The notes under the pieces were generated by a model that saw only the letters and a list, made by a program, of their open reading frames with translations, was not told the DNA's origin and did not search any database. From Solirubrobacteraceae bacterium (GTDB lineage Bacteria > Actinomycetota > Thermoleophilia > Solirubrobacterales > Solirubrobacteraceae), in NCBI GenBank assembly GCA_035496995.1, contig DATJEE010000251.1, positions 1 through 60,118 of the forward strand: a stretch of DNA of 60,118 bases. Direction: 5' to 3'. The number at the start of each line of letters is the position of its first letter. Positions within the stretch are counted from its first letter, which is position 1. Of the stretch, positions 54,311 to 60,118 are shown piece by piece. The position numbers and the translations under genes are program-made.

Positions 54311-55507
54311 TCATCCCGCGGCGGCGCAGAACGCCTCGTAGTCGGGGAAGACGCCCATCTCCTCCGCGGAGATCTCCTCGGGCGGGCGCGAGCAGATGGC
54401 GCACTCGGGGTCGCGGCGGACCTTGAGCTCGGTGAACGTCGCGCCGAGGGCCTCGTAGAGCAGCAGGCGGCCGATGAGCGGCTCGCCGGTGCCGACGATG
54501 AGCTTGATGACCTCGGTCGCCTGCAGCAGCCCCATCGTGCCCGGCAGCACGCCGAGGACGCCGTTGGCGCCGCAGCTCGGCGCGAGCTCGGCCGGCGGCG
54601 GGACGGGGTACAGGCAGCGGTAGCACGGGCCGTCGTAGGGGGCGAAGACCGAGAGCTGGCCGTCGAAGCCGAGGATCGAGGCGCTGACGACGGGGATCTT
54701 CAGGCGCACGCTCGCGTCGTTGAGCAGGTAGCGCGTCGGGAAGTTGTCGACGCCGTCGACGATGACGTCGTAGCCCTCGATGATCTCCATGATGTTCGAA
54801 GCGTCGATGCGCGTCTGGTACTTCACGACGTTCACGTCGGGGTTCAGCGCGTTCATCGTCTCCTGCGCGGAGTCGACCTTCGGCGTGCCGATGCGGTCGG
54901 TCGTGTGGATGACCTGGCGCTGGAGGTTGGAGAGGTCGACGACGTCGTCGTCGACGATCCCGATCGTCCCGACGCCCGCGGCGGCGAGGTACAGCGCGGT
55001 CGGCGAGCCGAGGCCGCCGGCGCCGAGCAGCAGGACCTTCGCGTCGAGCAGCTTGCGCTGCCCCTCGGCGCCGATCTCCGGCACGAGCATGTGGCGGCTG
55101 TAGCGCTCGCGCTGCTCGGGGCTCATGACGCGCGGGACCTCGACGGCGTAGCCGCGGTCCTTCCACAGCGCGTAGCCGCCGGTCATCGACTCGACGTTCT
55201 CGTAGCCGAGATCCTGCAGCGTCTTGGCGGCGAGCGCCGAGCGGTTGCCCGACGCGCAGTACAGGACGACGTGGTCGGAGCGGTCGGGGACGGCGCCGTC
55301 GATGCGCGACTCGAGGTAGCCGCGCGTGATGTGCGTCGCGCCGGGGATGATCCCGCGGGCGACCTCCTCGTTCTCGCGCACGTCGATGATCGCGAGCCGG
55401 CCGTTGCCGTTCCCGGCGCCCGACATCGCGGCATGGACGTCGCTCGGATCGACCTGCGCGATCTGGCTCTTGATCTGGCGGATGAACTCCGCGCCGGAGG
55501 GGCTCAC
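54311..55507 (-). CDS. E1-like adenylyltransferase/sulfurtransferase (MoeB/ThiF domain) with an N-terminal rhodanese domain
   Basis: GTG start with a GAGGAG RBS. The rhodanese loop LYCASGNRS is in the first ~130 aa. This is followed by RYSRHML...LLLGAGGLGSPTALYLAAAGVG...DLSNLQRQ and the zinc motifs CYRC and CAIC. Confidence 0.88.
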   Translation of the reverse strand: MSPSGAEFIRQIKSQIAQVDPSDVHAAMSGAGNGNGRLAIIDVRENEEVARGIIPGATHITRGYLESRIDGAVPDRSDHVVLYCASGNRSALAAKTLQDLGYENVESMTGGYALWKDRGYAVEVPRVMSPEQRERYSRHMLVPEIGAEGQRKLLDAKVLLLGAGGLGSPTALYLAAAGVGTIGIVDDDVVDLSNLQRQVIHTTDRIGTPKVDSAQETMNALNPDVNVVKYQTRIDASNIMEIIEGYDVIVDGVDNFPTRYLLNDASVRLKIPVVSASILGFDGQLSVFAPYDGPCYRCLYPVPPPAELAPSCGANGVLGVLPGTMGLLQATEVIKLIVGTGEPLIGRLLLYEALGATFTELKVRRDPECAICSRPPEEISAEEMGVFPDYEAFCAAAG

Positions 55508-55548
55508 TCGAATCTCCTCAAAGATGGTCGGACTTCGTTACTTCAGAA

Positions 55549-55584
55549 AGTATAGCGGGGGCGGAACCGCGTGCCTACCGCGTG
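55549..55584 (-). promoter_or_regulatory. putative sigma70-type promoter of the E1-like gene with an overlapping 8-nt direct repeat
   Basis: On the minus strand: TAGGCA (plus-strand 55572-55577), a 17-nt spacer, then TATACT (55549-55554). ACCGCGTG is repeated at 55566-55573 and 55577-55584, 11 bp apart, over the -35 region. Confidence 0.3.
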
Positions 55585-55603
55585 ATTGTGCCCAGAAACG
55601 CGA

Positions 55604-55636
55604 AAGGGACGCCCCCTGCTGCCGAGGGCGTCCCTT
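55604..55636. promoter_or_regulatory. perfect 11-bp stem hairpin AAGGGACGCCC-N11-GGGCGTCCCTT in a divergent intergenic region
   Basis: Read directly. It lies about 60 nt upstream of the histidine kinase start, so it may be a 5'-UTR structure or an sRNA terminator. Confidence 0.35.
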
Positions 55637-55697
55637 GCGTTTCATCCGGATCGAAACTGGCGTCGGTTGGAGGGATCCGACACGAGGAGTATCGGGC

Positions 55698-56720
55698 ATG
55701 GGCGTTCATGCCGATATGGGGTCCAGACCCCACATGCGTCGCACCCCCCTGCTCTCCCAGGTGTTGACGGTCAACACCCTCGTCATCATCGCGACGGTCT
55801 TCGCGGCCAGCATCGCCGCGCGCCTGGACCTCGCGACCTCGTCGGGCATGCGCCAGTTCGGCGTCCTCGTCGTCGCGATCCTCACGACGATCCTCGCCAA
55901 CAACTTCGTCATGCGGCGCCGGTTCGCACCGCTGGAGTCGCTCACGCGGACGATGGAGTGCGTCGATCTCACGACGCCCGGCATGCGCGCGGCGCCGTCG
56001 GCCGGCGAGCCCGCCGACATCGCCCGGCTGCGCGAGTCCTTCAACCTCATGATCTCGCGCCTGGAGGCCGAGCGGATGGGCACCGCCGCCGCGGTCCTGC
56101 GGGCGCAGGAGTCCGAGCGCGCGCGGGTGGCGCGCGACCTGCACGACGAGGTCAACCAGGCGCTCGCGGCGGTCTCGATCCGCCTCGCCGCCACCGCCGA
56201 GGGCGCCCCGCCGGAGTTCGCCGAGGAGCTCGCCGAGACGCAGCGCCTCGCGACGCAGGCGATGCAGGAGCTGCTCGGCCTCGCCCGCGACCTGCGCCCC
56301 GCGGCGCTGGACGACCACGGCCTGCTGCCCGCGCTGCGCACCCAGGCACGGCTCTTCGGCGAGCGCTTCGGGATCCCGACGCAGTTCTCCGCCGACGGCA
56401 CGCGCGTGTTCCTCGGCGAGTTCGAGCAGCTCGTCGTCTACCGCGTCGTGCAGGAGGCGCTCTCCAACGCCGCGCGCCACGCGCACCCGGGGCGCCTGAA
56501 GGTCGCCGTCACCGGCTGCAACGGCCCCGAGGTGCGCGTGACCGTCACCGACGACGGGACGGGCTTCGATCCCAACCGCGTGCGCGACGGCGGCTCCGGC
56601 CTCGCCGGCATGCGCGAGCGCGCGCTGCTGGCCGGCGGGCGGCTCGACGTCCGCACCGTCCAGGGCGGCGGGACGACGATCGAGCTCGTCGTCGCCGCCA
56701 GGCCGGCGGTGCTGCGATGA
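55698..56720 (+). CDS. NarL-class (HisKA_3) sensor histidine kinase with a minimal extracytoplasmic loop
   Basis: GAGGAG RBS. Two TM helices separated by about 12 aa. H-box ERARVARDLHDEVNQAL. ATPase N and G boxes (SNAARHA, DDGTGF, GSGLAGMRER). Confidence 0.85.
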   Translation: MGVHADMGSRPHMRRTPLLSQVLTVNTLVIIATVFAASIAARLDLATSSGMRQFGVLVVAILTTILANNFVMRRRFAPLESLTRTMECVDLTTPGMRAAPSAGEPADIARLRESFNLMISRLEAERMGTAAAVLRAQESERARVARDLHDEVNQALAAVSIRLAATAEGAPPEFAEELAETQRLATQAMQELLGLARDLRPAALDDHGLLPALRTQARLFGERFGIPTQFSADGTRVFLGEFEQLVVYRVVQEALSNAARHAHPGRLKVAVTGCNGPEVRVTVTDDGTGFDPNRVRDGGSGLAGMRERALLAGGRLDVRTVQGGGTTIELVVAARPAVLR

Positions 56721-57349
56721 GGCTGCTCGTCGCCGACGACCACGGCATCATGCGCGGCGGCCTGCGCCTCCTGCTCGACCGCCAGCCCGACATGGAGGTC
56801 GTCGCCGAGGCGCAGGACGGCATCGAGGCCGTCGAGATGGCCCTGCGCGAGCGCCCGGACATCTGCATCCTCGACGTCTCGATGCCGCGCATGACGGGGC
56901 TGCAGGCGACGGTCGAGATCCGCGCGCAGGCCCCCGAGATCGCCGTCCTCGTCCTCTCGATGCACGACGACGAGCGCTACCTCTTCGAGGCGCTGCAGGC
57001 GGGCGCCGCCGGCTACGTCCTCAAGCGCGAGGCCGACCATGCGCTCGTCGACGCCGTCCGCGCCGTCTCGCGCGGCGAGCCGTTCCTCACGAACGCCGCC
57101 GAGCGCTCGCTCGTCCGCGAGTGGATGGAGGACGACAGCTCGGGCCCCGCCGAGCCGCTGACGCTGCGCGAGCGCGAGGTGCTCAAGCTCATCGCCGAGG
57201 CGCACACGAACAAGGAGATCGGCGAGCTGCTGCACCTCTCCGAGAAGACCGTCGAGTCGCACCGCGGCAACCTCCTGCGCAAGCTCGGCATGCGCGATCG
57301 CGTCGAGCTCGTGCGCTACGCGATCCGCCGCGGGCTCATCGAGCCGTAG
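56717..57349 (+). CDS. NarL/LuxR-family response regulator
   Basis: ATGA overlap with the kinase stop. Receiver motifs (LLVADDH, ILDVSMP). C-terminal HTH LTLREREVLKLIAEAHTNKEIGELLHLSEKTVESHRGNLLRKLG. Confidence 0.92.
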   Translation: MRLLVADDHGIMRGGLRLLLDRQPDMEVVAEAQDGIEAVEMALRERPDICILDVSMPRMTGLQATVEIRAQAPEIAVLVLSMHDDERYLFEALQAGAAGYVLKREADHALVDAVRAVSRGEPFLTNAAERSLVREWMEDDSSGPAEPLTLREREVLKLIAEAHTNKEIGELLHLSEKTVESHRGNLLRKLGMRDRVELVRYAIRRGLIEP

Positions 57350-58562
57350 GCACGAGCAGCGAGATGCGCAGCGTGCCCGACGGGAACGCCGTGGCGTCGA
57401 ACGAGTTCGCGAGGTAGCGCCGGCCGCGATAGGTCAGCGTCCCGTGCGCGGGGATGCGGGCGGGGCCGGGCCGCAGCGTGGAGCCCGGCACCCGGCCCAG
57501 CGGCGAGACGAGCTGGACGTCGGCACCCGTGAAGCGGTGCATGAGCTTGATGTAGCCGGTGTCGTCCTGGACGGCGAGGGCGAACGTCGCGGCGCTCCTG
57601 CCGTCCGGGCTGAGGACGATGCCGGTCGCGGGCTGCAGCGCGTAGGGGCCGCCGAGGTCGTAGACGAGGTGGTGGCCGCGGGTCACGCGGACGCGCACGA
57701 CGTGCAGCGCGTGGTCGCGGAAGAAGTCGTCGATGATCGCCGTGCGGATCGCCGGCCGGTCGTCGGCGGCCGTCGCGCGGCGGAAGGCCGGATCGCGCGC
57801 GACATACAGCAGCGTGCGGGTCACGTCGGGGCTGTGCTGCTCGGCCCGCGCGAGGCGGCGCCCGACGTAGGCGATCGCGTTGGCGCGCGTGATCTGCGCC
57901 GTGGCGCCGCACAGCGACGGCGGCGGCACCGGGATGCGGACGTCGATCTGCAGCGGGCCCGACGGATAGCTCGCGGTCGGCAGCGCGACCGTCCGGGCGC
58001 CTGCTGCTCGCAGCGGTCCCGGCGGACCGGCGCGGAAGGCGACCGCGGCGCCGGTCAGGCGCCGCACGAGCGCGGCGTAAGCGCGGCGATCGGTGACGGC
58101 GAGGACGAAATGCCCGACGGCCCGGCCGCGCGCGTCGTCGAGCTCGCCGCGGACCGGGGCGAAGGCGGCGTGGTGGCCGTAGCTGTAGACGAGGCCCGAG
58201 CGGCCGAAGAGCTCGGCCCGGACGATCTGGTGGCGGATCGGCGCGAACGCCGCCTGCACCGCGCGGCGATCGCCGCTCGCGATGGCCGTCGCCAGCGCGG
58301 TCGTCCGGCGCAGCCGCCTGACGGCGGTGACGACGCCGCGGCCGTCGACGGCCTGCGCGTAGATCCGGCGCGCGACGTCGGCGAGCTCGTTGCGCGCCAC
58401 GTCGGCGCAGCTTCCCGCCAGCGACGCGCCGGGCGGGGGCGACGGGGCGGGCGACCGCGCGACCGCGACGGCCGCTGACGGCCCGCGATTGCGCGCTGCC
58501 CCACAGGCCACGAGGGCCACCGCCAGAACGCCGACCAGGACGAGTCTCGCCGAGCGCCACAT
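57336..58562 (-). CDS. lipoprotein with two tandem homologous domains, unknown function
   Basis: Lipobox LVACG after MWRSARLVLVGVLAVA. The two halves share a pattern (..VRxxL..G..LVYxxGG..AxAPxxGxLxDxxGRxxGxFxLAVxDxxxYxxLxxRxTGAxV). Confidence 0.65.
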   Translation of the reverse strand: MWRSARLVLVGVLAVALVACGAARNRGPSAAVAVARSPAPSPPPGASLAGSCADVARNELADVARRIYAQAVDGRGVVTAVRRLRRTTALATAIASGDRRAVQAAFAPIRHQIVRAELFGRSGLVYSYGHHAAFAPVRGELDDARGRAVGHFVLAVTDRRAYAALVRRLTGAAVAFRAGPPGPLRAAGARTVALPTASYPSGPLQIDVRIPVPPPSLCGATAQITRANAIAYVGRRLARAEQHSPDVTRTLLYVARDPAFRRATAADDRPAIRTAIIDDFFRDHALHVVRVRVTRGHHLVYDLGGPYALQPATGIVLSPDGRSAATFALAVQDDTGYIKLMHRFTGADVQLVSPLGRVPGSTLRPGPARIPAHGTLTYRGRRYLANSFDATAFPSGTLRISLLVPTAR

Positions 58563-58687
58563 CGGGCCAATATGGCACCGCCGCACCTGCCTCCGAAGGC
58601 CTGGCGGAGCGATTCAACCCGATCCGAAGGAGATCCCAACAGAGGCCGAACGCCGCCTTTTGCGGGGCTTGCCGGTCCGCCCGCACG

Positions 58688-60118
58688 ATGAGGTCCGTGG
58701 CACACGCGCTGACGATCGACCCGGTGCCCGCGGCCAGGCGTCTGGCCACCGGGCGGGTCGCTCGCTCGCTCCCCCCCGCGCTCGCGCTCGGCGCGGTCCT
58801 CGTGCCACTCGGGTGGCTCGTCCTGGCGGCCGCCGGCCGGGAGTCGGTGCTGTCCCCACCGGCTGCCCGCGCCGGCGCTGCCGGCGCCTGGGCGCTCGGC
58901 CCGCTGCGCGGGCTGCTGCGCGGCGTCTCCGGCGCGCCCCACGTCCTGCACCGCGAGATGCTCGTCGTGCTCGCGATCGTCGGGGCGGGCTGGCTGGCCG
59001 CCTGGATCACGGCGCCGCGCCTGTCGGTCCGCGTCCTCTGGGGCGCGGTCGTCGCCGCGCACGGGCTCCTGTTCGTCGCCCCGCCGCTGCCGCTGACCGA
59101 CGTCTTCAACTACCAGCTCTACGGGCGCATGGCGGCGGTGTACGGCCTCAATCCCTACCGCGACGTCCCCGCCCGTGTCGCCCGCGACCCGCTGTTCGCG
59201 CTGACGAACTGGCATCACCTGCGCAGCCCCTACGGGCCGCTGTTCACGCTCGGCAGCGAGGCGCTCGGCGTCTTCGGCGTGCACGGCTGGCTGTGGGCGT
59301 GGAAGGCCGTCGTGATCCTCTCGAGCCTCGCGACGATCGCGCTGGCGGCCGCGATCGCCGGGCGGCTCGGCGGATCGCGCCAGCGGGTGATCGCCGCCGT
59401 CGGCCTCAGCCCGCTGCTATTGGTCGCCGAGATCGGCGGCCTGCACCAGGACATGCCGGCGATGGCGTGCCTGCTTGGCGCCGCCTGGTGCCTCGTGCGC
59501 GGGCGCGAGGCCGGCGCGCCGGCCTGGGTCGCGCCCCTGGCCGGCGCGCTCGCCGTCGCGGCCGCGGGCATCAAGCCGTCGTTTGCGATCGTCGTCGGCG
59601 TCGTCGTCCTCGGGGCGAGCGCGCGGATGCGCGCCGTCGCCGGCGCCGCCGCCGCGGCGGCCGCGCTCGTCGCGCTCGATCTGCTGCTCTACGGCGGCGC
59701 GCTGCCGGCGATCGCCAGCCAGTCGGCGCTCGTCGACCCGCTCAGCGTGCCGAACCTGCTCGGACTCGCGGCCGGCCGCGGTGGCGCCGACCACGCGGTG
59801 CGGATGGTCGCCGACGGCGCCCTCGCGGCGATCGCGGCCGGCGCGACGATCGCCGTCGGCCTGCGCCGCGAGCGTGCCCTGAGCGCGCTCGGGGTCGTGC
59901 TCTTCTGCTCGGTCCTCACGCTCGCCTGGGTCATGCCCTGGTACCTCGTCTGGGCGCTGCCGTTCATCGCCCTCGCCCGCCCGCGAGCGCTGGTGCCGTG
60001 GGCGGTCGTCGCGACCTGCTGGCTGACCGTCGGCGGCCTGCCGACGCTGCCCGGCATCCTCCACGCGGCCGGCTACTTCCCGACGCGGTCCGCGACCGGG
60101 CTGGCGAACCACCTCGAG
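58688..60118 (+). CDS. GT-C-type polyprenyl-phosphate-sugar-dependent glycosyltransferase-like membrane protein (DUF2029/mannosyltransferase-like), 3'-truncated by the window end
   Basis: Not in the ORF track because no stop is reached. I translated 477 codons without a stop from ATG 58688. The product is multi-pass hydrophobic, with an early loop motif DVFNYQLYGRMAAVYGLNPY and a late PWYLVWALPF. Confidence 0.7.
   Translation, partial: MRSVAHALTIDPVPAARRLATGRVARSLPPALALGAVLVPLGWLVLAAAGRESVLSPPAARAGAAGAWALGPLRGLLRGVSGAPHVLHREMLVVLAIVGAGWLAAWITAPRLSVRVLWGAVVAAHGLLFVAPPLPLTDVFNYQLYGRMAAVYGLNPYRDVPARVARDPLFALTNWHHLRSPYGPLFTLGSEALGVFGVHGWLWAWKAVVILSSLATIALAAAIAGRLGGSRQRVIAAVGLSPLLLVAEIGGLHQDMPAMACLLGAAWCLVRGREAGAPAWVAPLAGALAVAAAGIKPSFAIVVGVVVLGASARMRAVAGAAAAAAALVALDLLLYGGALPAIASQSALVDPLSVPNLLGLAAGRGGADHAVRMVADGALAAIAAGATIAVGLRRERALSALGVVLFCSVLTLAWVMPWYLVWALPFIALARPRALVPWAVVATCWLTVGGLPTLPGILHAAGYFPTRSATGLANHLE

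Overview
High-GC (roughly 70% or more by eye), densely coding chromosomal segment of Actinomycetota type, possibly a Thermoleophilia- or Conexibacter-like organism; this is a guess from gene content and composition. I support about 65 protein genes. I recognised no rRNA, tRNA, CRISPR array, transposase or integrase. Because of the GC content, almost every real gene is shadowed by long Arg/Ala/Gly/Pro-rich ORFs in other frames, and I treat these as artefacts. Calls rest on recognisable protein motifs, a third-codon-position G/C skew in the chosen frame, ribosome-binding sites, and many ATGA/GTGA/TGATG start-stop overlaps. Recognisable blocks are listed below.
- SulP transporter (0.5-2.1 kb).
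- An uncharacterised envelope trio: a membrane protein plus two paralogous exported proteins (2.2-4.7 kb).
- A split YgaP-like rhodanese pair.
- A TolB-like propeller protein.
- Nitrate/nitrite assimilation genes (a fused nitrate reductase-flavoprotein, nirB, nirD) followed by a PRK/uridine-kinase-like gene (9.2-16.5 kb).
- pfkB-family kinase, D-Ala-D-Ala carboxypeptidase, pyrF and HU.
- CDF transporter, rdgB, rph and murI.
- A VapBC toxin-antitoxin pair and an orphan Flp-like pilin.
- A GT4 glycosyltransferase and two zinc-ribbon proteins.
- HDAC-like deacetylase and nadB.
- A fused hydantoinase/oxoprolinase A-B.
- Tyrosinase with an overlapping downstream accessory ORF.
- A DUF1802-like/DUF1152-like pair next to a penicillin-acylase-family gene.
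- A sulfur-carrier cysteine pathway split over two loci (cysM and mec at 44.5-47.4 kb; cysO-like and moeZ-like at 54.0-55.5 kb), interleaved with tatA, two Tat-signal ferritin-like proteins, an MBOAT acyltransferase and three SGNH hydrolase-like exported proteins.
- A NarL-type two-component system, a duplicated-domain lipoprotein and a 3'-truncated GT-C-like membrane protein.
The most interesting non-genic signal is a ~150 nt structured intergenic element present twice in the same orientation (about 28.66-28.81 kb and 43.77-43.90 kb). All family names are assigned from memory of motifs, not from searches.
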